Below, one piece after another: positions 8,664 to 16,919 of a DNA stretch of 27,545 nt. Every line of letters begins with the position of its first letter. The first letter of the stretch is position 1. The notes below the pieces were generated by a model. That model did no database searches. It was not told the origin of the DNA and worked only from the letters and a program-made list of their open reading frames with translations. Source of the DNA: an uncultured Dehalococcoidia bacterium (GTDB taxonomy: Bacteria > Chloroflexota > Dehalococcoidia > Lucifugimonadales > UBA3495); the NCBI GenBank assembly GCA_950072105.1, contig CATMOE010000049.1, positions 1 through 27,545 of the forward strand, read 5' to 3'. The position numbers and the translations under genes are program-made.

Positions 8664-9107
8664 CTACTTATCAACCGTGGCAAATCCGTAGTAAGTATCA
8701 GATTTCAGGATCGTTCGAAGCCCGTCTTCGGTGACGTTGATCGGGCGAACCGGAGTCGACCAACGTTCGGTGAGTTCGTAATGGAGGTCGCTCAATAGTG
8801 TGGGCGCGTTGCGGCGAGTTAACAACGTTCGGAAAAGTATTTCCTGAATGGTCATCGCGCTGGTGATAAACCCTTCAGAATCTTCGTAATGGTCCGCTAT
8901 TTCATTGACCAATTTCTGTGGGTCGGTCAATTCGGTGTCGGGCAGGTCCAATGATGGGCAAGTCGGGGGCCGCCGCGCCGCCAATAACATGATCGCCGAG
9001 CGCTTCAACTCCGCTAAACGGGTAAAACTGATATTAATCAGCAGAGGCTCCGGTACCTCAACAACTTCTTCTTCCGGATTATCGGTTTGGGCTTTGGGGC
9101 TGGTCAT
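8664..9107 (-). CDS. hypothetical protein, possible C-terminal winged-helix
   Basis: 147-aa ORF whose ATG overlaps the moeA TGA (ATGA), preceded by GAGG. Confidence 0.75.
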   Translation of the reverse strand: MTSPKAQTDNPEEEVVEVPEPLLINISFTRLAELKRSAIMLLAARRPPTCPSLDLPDTELTDPQKLVNEIADHYEDSEGFITSAMTIQEILFRTLLTRRNAPTLLSDLHYELTERWSTPVRPINVTEDGLRTILKSDTYYGFATVDK

Positions 9108-10444
9108 ACGTCAACCTCTTCGTTCCAGTCCAACATGATGATCTGGACCTGCTCGCCAGCGCCTTTGCTGGGAAGATTATCGGGACAAACAGCTAGACCG
9201 TTGGCTTTGGACATGGATGTGAGAATATTGGAGCCTTGGGGTCCGACGGGATTGGCGTAGTACATCCCATCCTTCCTGGTTACTTCTACCCGGGCGTAAA
9301 CGCGGCGTCCGTCGGCATTGTGGATGGGCGCCGTAAGTACCCCTTCCACCATCGGCCTGGCGAGGATCCGTTTGCCCAACATGATGCGAATCGCCGGCCG
9401 GGCGAACATCTCGAACGCCACCATGGTACTGACCGGATTCCCCGGCAGGCCCAGGAGGGGCACCGAGCGTCCTCCGTCCTCCCGGAGATGTCCGAATGCC
9501 AAGGGCTTGGCCGGGCGCATCCGCACCGACCAGAAGTTCATGTCGCCTCGCTCGGTTAACACATCTTTTACGATGTCATAGTCGCCCTTGGAAACACCGG
9601 CGGAAGTAACGATAAGGTCGCTGCCCGCCGCTTCGGTCAACTTGTTGTTCAGGTCCTCCAGGTTGTCTCGGGCGATTCCCAGTACGCGGGGGATGCCGCC
9701 GCAGGCAAGCACAGACCCGGCAACGCTGACGCTGTTGCTGTCGAAGATCTTGCCCTCTTCCAAGGACCGTCCGCTGGCCACTAGCTCATCGCCCGTGGCC
9801 AGGATGGACACCACCGGCCGGCGAATGACCCTGGCTGAGGTCAACCCCAGCGAGGCCATGACACCTATCTCCGCAGGCCGTATCGGGGTTCCGGCATCCA
9901 GCACTTGCTGCCCCCGCCGGACGTCTTCGCCTGCCGGCCGCACGTTTACGCCCACGGGTAAGCTGGAGTATATCGCCACTTGGTCCAGTGGTCTGCCTGC
10001 TTGGCGGCGCTCCACCTCGTCGGTTTCTTCGAAGGGTACGACGGCGTCGGCTCCAGCAGGGATGGGAGCGCCCGTCATGATGCGGATCGCCACTCCGGAG
10101 ACAACGGTCTGGTTGGAAACCTGGCCCGCCGCGACCAAGCCGATAACTTCCAGGTTACGGGGCGATTCCGGAGAGGCACCCTGTATGTCGGCGCTAAGCA
10201 CCGCGTAACCGTCCATGGCCGAGTTGGACAGAGGAGGCAGGTCCAGCGGCGATTGGATGTCTTCGGCCAGCACTTGGCCCAAGCAGTCCAACAAGGAAAC
10301 GTCTTCGGCTTCCAGGGGGCTAAATGAGGCCATGATGCGCTGGAATGCTTCCTCCACGCTCAACATGTCCTCTTCCGCGTGGCGATGGCCATGTTCGTGG
10401 TCTTGAGACTGCTGGTGGCCTTCACGGTGGCTGTGGCTTGCCAT
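9104..10444 (-). CDS. moeA: molybdopterin molybdotransferase MoeA
   Basis: SAMDGYAV, RIMTGAPIPAGADAVV, ATGDEL, SAGVSKGDYD, MRPAKP, GLPGNPVS, QGSNILTSM..ANGL. Confidence 0.96.
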   Translation of the reverse strand: MASHSHREGHQQSQDHEHGHRHAEEDMLSVEEAFQRIMASFSPLEAEDVSLLDCLGQVLAEDIQSPLDLPPLSNSAMDGYAVLSADIQGASPESPRNLEVIGLVAAGQVSNQTVVSGVAIRIMTGAPIPAGADAVVPFEETDEVERRQAGRPLDQVAIYSSLPVGVNVRPAGEDVRRGQQVLDAGTPIRPAEIGVMASLGLTSARVIRRPVVSILATGDELVASGRSLEEGKIFDSNSVSVAGSVLACGGIPRVLGIARDNLEDLNNKLTEAAGSDLIVTSAGVSKGDYDIVKDVLTERGDMNFWSVRMRPAKPLAFGHLREDGGRSVPLLGLPGNPVSTMVAFEMFARPAIRIMLGKRILARPMVEGVLTAPIHNADGRRVYARVEVTRKDGMYYANPVGPQGSNILTSMSKANGLAVCPDNLPSKGAGEQVQIIMLDWNEEVDV

Positions 10445-10464
10445 ATGGCTCCTCTTTGCTCTCT

Positions 10465-12867
10465 TCAGGCGCGCAACGTGGCCCCAACCTGCTGTTCCAA
10501 CGTGCGGAGCAATCCTTGCAGCGCCCGGTTGACTTCTTCAGCGGTCAGGGTTCGTTGGTGGGATTGGAAAAACACATGAAAGGCCAGGGACTTGGAGTCC
10601 GAGGCGATATTTTCACCGGAATATACGTCGAACAACTCCACTCGCTCCACCAGCCGGTGTTTTGAGACGATCTCTTGAACCTGGGCGGCGGGCACGCCGG
10701 TTGGCACTACCAGGGCCAGGTCCCGGGTGGCGGCCGGGTACCGGGACAGGGATCTGAACTGGTGGCTGATCCCCTTCTGGGACTGCAAAACCGCCGGGAG
10801 ATCCAATTCCAACAGAGCAACCGGTTGGGCTTTTAAGTCGAACCGGTCTAGGATGGATGGATGCACTTCGCCGACGATTCCCAAGGATTCCTTTCCAGCC
10901 AAGATACGGGCGCACCTTCCCGGATGAAAAAATGGGTCATCGACGGGCTCGAAGACGCAGGTGATACCTAGATCGTCCATCACCAACTCAATCGGACCCT
11001 TGGCATCGTAAAAGTCCAGAGTGCTGTCGTCAACTAGCCAGGATGGATCCCATCTCCTGCCGGCCAAGACGCCGGCGGCCATTTCGCGCTCTTCAGGCAG
11101 TTCGTCCCCATTGGGATTGAACACCCGTCCCACTTCAAACAACCGGAAGGGACCTTCGCTGTGCCCTTCATTGGCGGCCAACGTGGCCAACAGGCTGGCC
11201 CGCAACGTGGGCCGGAGGTATTCTTGCGCGGCGCTCATCGGGTTGGCTATCCGCAACGGAGGTTCGGCCTCGTCAAGCAGGCCTACCCGGTGGAGGTCTG
11301 CCCCGCTCACCAGTGGATAGCTGATAACTTCTTGCATCCCCGCGGCCACCAAAGCGTCCTTGACCGCTCCAACGATGGAGGTCATCGGAGTGGTCTCCTG
11401 TGATGGGATAGGCGTGGAGAGCATGGTGGTGGGAACGGAATCATAGCCGATGATCCGCACCACCTCCTCCACCAGGTCTTCCTCTATGTTGATGTCATTG
11501 CGCCAGTAAGGTATGGTTGCTTCCAGTCGGCCGGGACCGTTTCTCTGACACTGGAACCCCAGCGACTGCAAGACACGTTCCACCGTTTCTAGGTCGATGT
11601 CCATCCCCAGCAGCTTCTTCAGCCGCTCCGTGCTCAATCCTACTGTCTGAGGAGCCGCCCCTTCGCCCGGATACACATCGATGATTCCTTGAGCGACCTG
11701 ACCGCCGGCCACCTGCTGAATCAACTGGGTCGCCCGGCGTAGAGCCATGGGAGCTAATTCAGGGCGTAGTCCCTTCTCGAACCGCAGCGTGGCTTCCGTA
11801 CGCAGGTTCATGCTCTGGGCGGTCTCCCGGTTGTTTTGTTCGTTGAACGTGGCCGACTCCAATAACACCGATACCGTGTCCGGCCCGATCTCGCTGTTGG
11901 CGCCACCGATCACCCCGCCGATGCCGATGGGGTCGCGGGCATCGGCGATAACCAGAACGTTGGGGGTGAGCTTACGCTCCACGCCGTCCAGGGTGACCAA
12001 CGTCTCGTCCGCCTTGGCCCGGCGCACGATGATGGTATGATCCTTGAGACGGTCGTAGTCGAAGGAGTGTAACGGCTGGTTGTATTCCAGCATGACGTAG
12101 TTGGTCACGTCGACCACGTTGCTAATGGGGCGATACCCCGCCTTGGTTAATCGTTCTTGCAGCCAGCGGGGCGACGGGCCGATCTTGACGCCGGTGATAA
12201 GGCTGGCGGTGTAACGCCGGCACAGGTCTGGGTCGGCAACCGATATGGACACCTGGCTACTTATGGCCGGTCCATCTTCCGGATAGCTTATGTCCGGCTC
12301 CCGCACCGGCTGTCCGGTCAACGCTCCCACTTCGTGGGCTACGCCCAGCACGGACAAGCAATCCAGCCGGTTGGGAGTCAATTCCAGGTCTAGCACCGTG
12401 TCTCCCAGGTAATCGTCCAATGGCATACCGGTGGGAGCGTCGTCAGGGAGGACCACGATACCTTGATGGTCCTCGCTCAACCCCAACTCCAATGCGGAAC
12501 AGATCATTCCCTGGGACACCACGCCCCTGATCTTGGCGGGCTTGAGCGCTTCTTGTTTGCCCGAATGGCTGTTATACAGGACGGCGCCAACCTTCGCGAA
12601 GCAGATCTTCTGGCCGGCCGCTACGTTGGGCGCGCCGCAGACCACTTCCATCTCTTCGCTACCGGTGGATACCCGGCAAAGTGATAACCGGTCTGCCTGC
12701 GGGTGAGGCTCCTTTGTGACGACCTGTCCCACGAAGCACTCTTTCCACCCGCCCATCTCTACAACCTCGCCGACCTCTACGCCGGCCATGGTTAGCCGAT
12801 GGGCCAGCTCGGCAGCAGGCAGATCCACGTTAACGTACTCACGTAGCCAACTTAGGGGAACTTTCAT
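10465..12867 (-). CDS. pheT: phenylalanine--tRNA ligase beta subunit
   Basis: MKVPLSWLREYV, HPQADRL, VCGAPNV, LTPNRLDCLS, VDVTNYVMLEYNQPLH, RFEKG, EDLVEEV, C-terminal FDX-ACB; 800 aa. Confidence 0.98.
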   Translation of the reverse strand: MKVPLSWLREYVNVDLPAAELAHRLTMAGVEVGEVVEMGGWKECFVGQVVTKEPHPQADRLSLCRVSTGSEEMEVVCGAPNVAAGQKICFAKVGAVLYNSHSGKQEALKPAKIRGVVSQGMICSALELGLSEDHQGIVVLPDDAPTGMPLDDYLGDTVLDLELTPNRLDCLSVLGVAHEVGALTGQPVREPDISYPEDGPAISSQVSISVADPDLCRRYTASLITGVKIGPSPRWLQERLTKAGYRPISNVVDVTNYVMLEYNQPLHSFDYDRLKDHTIIVRRAKADETLVTLDGVERKLTPNVLVIADARDPIGIGGVIGGANSEIGPDTVSVLLESATFNEQNNRETAQSMNLRTEATLRFEKGLRPELAPMALRRATQLIQQVAGGQVAQGIIDVYPGEGAAPQTVGLSTERLKKLLGMDIDLETVERVLQSLGFQCQRNGPGRLEATIPYWRNDINIEEDLVEEVVRIIGYDSVPTTMLSTPIPSQETTPMTSIVGAVKDALVAAGMQEVISYPLVSGADLHRVGLLDEAEPPLRIANPMSAAQEYLRPTLRASLLATLAANEGHSEGPFRLFEVGRVFNPNGDELPEEREMAAGVLAGRRWDPSWLVDDSTLDFYDAKGPIELVMDDLGITCVFEPVDDPFFHPGRCARILAGKESLGIVGEVHPSILDRFDLKAQPVALLELDLPAVLQSQKGISHQFRSLSRYPAATRDLALVVPTGVPAAQVQEIVSKHRLVERVELFDVYSGENIASDSKSLAFHVFFQSHQRTLTAEEVNRALQGLLRTLEQQVGATLRA

Positions 12868-13038
12868 GGGCTCCTATAGCTCCCTAATCATGCCGGTTAG
12901 CTGCCTTTTCGGAACGTTGGTCCACTTTGGGAGATGGACCGGTATTTCGTTGACTATTTCGATGTCTGTCTCCGCTCAGGCCAGGTTGGCATCAAGGTGA
13001 TTTTAGGAGGGCGTCTCGGTGACACTCGTTTGGACGCC

Positions 13039-14109
13039 TCAGAACTGGCTCAGGAACCTTAGGTCGTTGGAATAGAACAAACGAATGTCTTCAATGCCGT
13101 ATTTCAGCATGGCGATGCGCTCCGGGCCCAGGCCGAAAGCGAACCCGGTGTACTTCTCCGGATCGTATCCTACACCGGCCAGCACCTTAGGATGGATCAT
13201 TCCCGCGCCCATGATCTCTATCCAGCCGCTGTCCCGGCAGATGCGGCAACCGCTACCTTTTCCATCGCAGGCAAAGCAGTCGATGGACATGTCCACGCCC
13301 GGCTCGACGAAGGGGAAGTAGTCGCACCGGAAACGCACCTTTCGGTCGCTGCCGAACAACCGGCGGGCGAATTCGAACAAGGTGCCTTTCAGGTCGGCGA
13401 AGGTGATTCCTTCATCCACCGCCAGTCCTTCGACCTGGTAGAAGTGCCATTCGTGGGTGGCATCGGTGGCTTCGTACCGGTAGCATTTCCCCGGAACCAC
13501 CACCCGGACCGGCGGCCGGGTGCTCTCCATGACCCTAGCTTGCATCGGCGAAGTGTGGGTCCGCAGAAGCAATGGATTTTTCCCGTCTTCGTTTTGTTGG
13601 TCTACCCACAGGGTGTTCCACATGTCCCGGGCGGGATGACCTAAGGGTATGTTTAGCATCTCAAAATTGTAGTGGTCCGTCTCCACCTCGGGTCCTTCCA
13701 CCACGCTGAATCCCATCGTCATAAAGGCGTTGCAGATCTCTCTAACGATCTGGGTGGTAGGGTGAAGGCGGCCGCTGACCAGAGGACGTCCAGGCAGCGT
13801 AACGTCAAGGCGGTCCTCGGAGACCGACCTGGTCAGTTGGGCTTCCTTGATAGACTTCGACCGCTCGTCTAGTAGTTCTCCCAGGCGACCTTTTGCCTGG
13901 TTCCCCATAGCGCCGGCCACCCGGCGTTCTTCCAGGTCTAACTGGGCCAAGCCCCGCAGGAAGAGGGTCAAGCGGCCTCGCCGGCCCAGATAGGCCACAC
14001 GCCATGCCTCTAGAGATTCGGTATCGTTGATGCCCGCCAATTCGCCGGCCGCCGTGTCAACTAAATCCTGGACGGATAGCGCAGAGGATTGGCTGGTAGG
14101 CTGGGTCAA
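13039..14109 (-). CDS. pheS: phenylalanine--tRNA ligase alpha subunit
   Basis: [66 protein letters not shown]. Confidence 0.98.
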   Translation of the reverse strand: MTQPTSQSSALSVQDLVDTAAGELAGINDTESLEAWRVAYLGRRGRLTLFLRGLAQLDLEERRVAGAMGNQAKGRLGELLDERSKSIKEAQLTRSVSEDRLDVTLPGRPLVSGRLHPTTQIVREICNAFMTMGFSVVEGPEVETDHYNFEMLNIPLGHPARDMWNTLWVDQQNEDGKNPLLLRTHTSPMQARVMESTRPPVRVVVPGKCYRYEATDATHEWHFYQVEGLAVDEGITFADLKGTLFEFARRLFGSDRKVRFRCDYFPFVEPGVDMSIDCFACDGKGSGCRICRDSGWIEIMGAGMIHPKVLAGVGYDPEKYTGFAFGLGPERIAMLKYGIEDIRLFYSNDLRFLSQF

Positions 14110-14165
14110 GTGAGGTTACCTTCACCACTACGGCGTGGCCCTAATTCGTCATATTGTGCTTGACC

Positions 14166-14194
14166 ATTATAGGATTCGTCGGAAGGTGGGTCAA
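14166..14194 (-). promoter_or_regulatory. sigma70 promoter of the pheS-pheT-moeA operon
   Basis: Minus strand TTGACC (14194-14189), 17 bp, TATAAT (14171-14166). Confidence 0.75.
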
Positions 14195-14251
14195 GGAGAT
14201 CAGCCCCCTCGGCTTGGTGTCTAAGGGGTAATGACAGTGGTTCATGGTTAT

Positions 14252-14273
14252 AGCACATATGTTCTGATATAAT
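14252..14273 (+). promoter_or_regulatory. LexA-like SOS box overlapping an extended -10 promoter
   Basis: AGCACATATGTTCT (14252-14265) is one mismatch from AGAAC-N4-GTTCT, the Gram-positive/Chloroflexi LexA box, and abuts TGa-TATAAT (14265-14273). Confidence 0.65.
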
Positions 14274-14342
14274 GATCCTGGTTCTACATCAACAGCCGGT
14301 CCGGCTCCTACCGGCAATCATGACTCAGACAAGGGTGAGACC

Positions 14343-14684
14343 ATGACCTGGTTCCGTTTCAAGGCCTGTGTAAAGTGCCGGGGCGACTTGGTCTTGGACC
14401 ATTCGGACTGGCTATGCCTGCAATGCGGCATCTATTATTACACTGGATTGTATCAAGAGTCCGCTCCAGCCGACGCCCGTACCGAGGAAATTATATCGGA
14501 TAATATATCTCCGGACGAGGAAAAGGCCGCCGGCGCTGCAATCTTAATGCCACCCGGATACGCTAGACTAATGGGAACCGGCCCATCTTCGCCGCTACCT
14601 ATGGAGCCCCGGAATCGCCTATATCTAGCTATGCCTAGTTTGCCAAGGGGCTCGGCGATCGCGGCTACGCTGTTCCAGACATGA
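14343..14684 (+). CDS. small zinc-ribbon protein (CxxC-x12-CxxC) with low-complexity tail
   Basis: KACVKCRGDLVLDHSDWLCLQCG; its stop overlaps the next start (ATGA). Confidence 0.7.
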   Translation: MTWFRFKACVKCRGDLVLDHSDWLCLQCGIYYYTGLYQESAPADARTEEIISDNISPDEEKAAGAAILMPPGYARLMGTGPSSPLPMEPRNRLYLAMPSLPRGSAIAATLFQT

Positions 14685-15172
14685 CTGGCAGCCGAATCCT
14701 TTTGGCTTTAGACGCCGGGGTAAGGGAAAGCGGCTGGGCTGTCTTTGAGGATGGACGCACGGTAACGACAGGAGTTATCGGCGCCGGAACTAAACGCAGA
14801 ACCGAAGCTCAAATAAGGGTTCCCTATTTGGTGGAGAAGTTGGACTTGCTGGTTGAGCGCTGGCGGCCGGAAGAGGTGACCCACAGCTTGCCCTCGGGAA
14901 TCCGCTGGCCGGTGCCTGCCCTAGATCTGTTGAGCGATAGCTTGGCCCAATGGTCCCGGAAACACGGATTGGCTGTATACGCCTATACCGCGCAAGAGGT
15001 TCGGGAATCTATGGCCGGCCATCCCAACGCTTCACGTGACCAACTCGCCTATGCGGTCATGGCCTGTCTAGGCCTCATCGGCCAAAGTAAGACTACCCAT
15101 GAGTGGGAGGCCTTGGCCGTTGGCCACTACCATCTAACCCGGGGAGACGCGGCGGCCGACCCGCCCAGTTGA
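14681..15172 (+). CDS. RuvC-fold (Holliday junction resolvase-like) protein with atypical catalytic residues
   Basis: ILLALDAGVRESGWAVF, YTAQEVRESMAGHPNASRDQL..AV...LGL and HEWEALAVG align with RuvC motifs ILGIDPG..GWGV, YTPxxVKxxVxGxGxAxKxQV and DxADALAIA. Confidence 0.82.
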   Translation: MTGSRILLALDAGVRESGWAVFEDGRTVTTGVIGAGTKRRTEAQIRVPYLVEKLDLLVERWRPEEVTHSLPSGIRWPVPALDLLSDSLAQWSRKHGLAVYAYTAQEVRESMAGHPNASRDQLAYAVMACLGLIGQSKTTHEWEALAVGHYHLTRGDAAADPPS

Positions 15173-15202
15173 ACGTTTTCCGGTGCCGGCAATGCCTGTC
15201 CT

Positions 15203-15733
15203 CTAGTGGCCTTCGGCATCGGGGAAGCTCTTTTCTCCGGCTTCGATCGCCACATCCAGCCGATTTTCTACAGGTGGAACGGGACAACTCCAGTTTGGGT
15301 TGTAGGCGCAATAGGGATTGTAGGCGTAGTTGAAGTCCAACCGGAAGCGGCCGTGATGCAGGGGCTCCAGATCCACGTAACGCCCCTCTCCATAGGAACT
15401 CTGTCCGCTGGTTAGATCGGTAAAGGGCAAGAAGAATTCGCCGTCATTTTCATCTCGATAAACCGTCAGCGTGGCTGTCTCTCCCTCAACCTGGAAAGAG
15501 ATCGTTCCCCAACGAACGTAGGGCTGAGAATCTCCGGTGCTGGTGACGATCTCGATGGTTTCTTTTTCCTGGTCGCTCAGCTCATCGATCGTTAAAGCAA
15601 ATTGCAAGGCTGAGTTTTCCGGATAGTAGGCCAGCCCGGCGAACCGGCCCTGTTGCTCAGGGGTAAGGGGGGCATCGGGGTCCTGGCCGAAATAGCGGTC
15701 TTTGCCTTCCCGGAATTCTGAGAGTTCGGACAT
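15203..15733 (-). CDS. DUF1684 family protein
   Basis: FAGLAYYP, FFLPFTDLTSG..SYGEGRY, LDFNYAYNPYCAYNPNWSCPVPPVENRL..AIEAGEK. Confidence 0.92.
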   Translation of the reverse strand: MSELSEFREGKDRYFGQDPDAPLTPEQQGRFAGLAYYPENSALQFALTIDELSDQEKETIEIVTSTGDSQPYVRWGTISFQVEGETATLTVYRDENDGEFFLPFTDLTSGQSSYGEGRYVDLEPLHHGRFRLDFNYAYNPYCAYNPNWSCPVPPVENRLDVAIEAGEKSFPDAEGH

Positions 15734-15950
15734 GGCTGCCTTCTGCGAACGATTTGTTGGCTGGTTAACGGCAGTTCTTTACCCAAAGACCATGTAAACA
15801 CTCACGTGTATGCACGGACCGCCGACATTGATATCGATCGATTGGATGCCTTCCACTGGCAGTAGATGCGGCCACTTGGAGTTAATCCTGGACATGCCAA
15901 AAGGTGTCAACCGGCGGTGTATAATATGGCCTCTACAACAAGTCTAAGAA

Positions 15951-16013
15951 ACGGGAACCCCCGTAACAAATAACCGCACTCAGAAACGGATGCCGGCTAC
16001 GGGGAAACCCCGT
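15951..16013 (+). repeat. pair of related palindromes upstream of the DUF3467-like gene
   Basis: ACGGG-AACC-CCCGT (15951-15964) and ACGGGG-AAA-CCCCGT (15999-16013). Confidence 0.6.
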
Positions 16014-16028
16014 GGAATTGGAGAGGCA

Positions 16029-16382
16029 ATGCCGATCATACAACGCCCCTACGTCCCTCCCGAAGACCAGGTGCCCCAGGAGGAGAGCTACACGAACCCC
16101 GGAGACACCCAGTCAAGTGAAGATTCCTCCGGAGATCCGATAACTTTCTACAGCGACTCCATGCACATCTTCAGCAGCCTGTACTCAGCGGTCATCTTCT
16201 TCGGGGAGCAGATGGAAGAGAGGGAGCCTATCCTGCGGGCTCGTATCAAGGTTAGTCCGCAGATGCTGAAAGCTATCGCTCTGCTCACCACTAAACATGT
16301 TCGTGAGTACGAAGAGGCCGTCGGGCCCATATCTCTGCCCGATCAGGTTTACTCCGCCTGGGACTTGAGCACGGAGGAGTAA
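16029..16382 (+). CDS. DUF3467-like protein
   Basis: FYSDSMHIFSSLYSAVIFFG...RARIKVSPQMLKAIALLTTKHVREYEEAVGPI pattern; GGAGAGG just upstream of ATG 16029 (alternative start 15990). Confidence 0.7.
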   Translation: MPIIQRPYVPPEDQVPQEESYTNPGDTQSSEDSSGDPITFYSDSMHIFSSLYSAVIFFGEQMEEREPILRARIKVSPQMLKAIALLTTKHVREYEEAVGPISLPDQVYSAWDLSTEE

Positions 16383-16383
16383 C

Positions 16384-16872
16384 ATGGAGGACGAGGACCG
16401 AACGCTGGGGGAAGACTTTGCGATTCCGGTGCAGATCCAACCGGGCGTTGATGACGCGGAGCCAGCCGATTGGCCCTGGAGAAATGTAGGGACCAGTTTG
16501 CCCAACCGGGCGACCTTTCACCTGACCCACAGCGACGTTAGCCGCATCATCGTGGACGTGCTTCGGCCATCGGATTCCCCGCCGGACGGGCAGTTCGTTT
16601 TATCGAAAGAAGTCCCGATAATAATCATGGACAGCCTGGACAAGTACTGGGCTGCGGAGTCCCGTGTCCAGCTACCCCTTCATGGTGTGCGGGTGCCCGT
16701 GGAGGGTGACACCATTGCCGAGGCCAAGACGGCTCTGGCGGCGGATCTGGCGGCCCAACTGAGGCTTCTGCTACTGTTGGCTTCTTCCCACAAGGTGCTG
16801 GCGCCCCAATTGCAGGAAAATCTGGCTTTTCTCCGGTCGATCATGACCACGGCGTCAGAGATCAAGGCTTAG
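16384..16872 (+). CDS. hypothetical protein with HicB-like antitoxin-type C-terminal half
   Basis: VPIII..DKYWAAES...VEGDTIAEAKTALAADL resembles the HicB G(D/E)TxxEA core; GGAGGAG RBS inside the upstream gene, 1-nt gap. Confidence 0.6.
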   Translation: MEDEDRTLGEDFAIPVQIQPGVDDAEPADWPWRNVGTSLPNRATFHLTHSDVSRIIVDVLRPSDSPPDGQFVLSKEVPIIIMDSLDKYWAAESRVQLPLHGVRVPVEGDTIAEAKTALAADLAAQLRLLLLLASSHKVLAPQLQENLAFLRSIMTTASEIKA

Positions 16873-16919
16873 CGCCGATGCGGAGTTTGCGGCAGGAATA
16901 GGCTTGTTTGAGCCGTGCT

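Noticed and set aside
13240..13290. CxxC..CxxC motif in PheS ([14 protein letters not shown])
   Set aside because: A common zinc-binding insert in PheS of many phyla; not novel
14110..14165. Possible T-box or attenuator before pheS
   Set aside because: The predicted leader is only about 50 nt and has no T-box consensus or Phe-rich leader peptide
14681..15172. RuvC-like gene as a Cas/TnpB/IscB-type RNA-guided effector
   Set aside because: Only 163 aa with a contiguous resolvase-type layout; no CRISPR array, transposon ends or adjacent guide-like ncRNA seen
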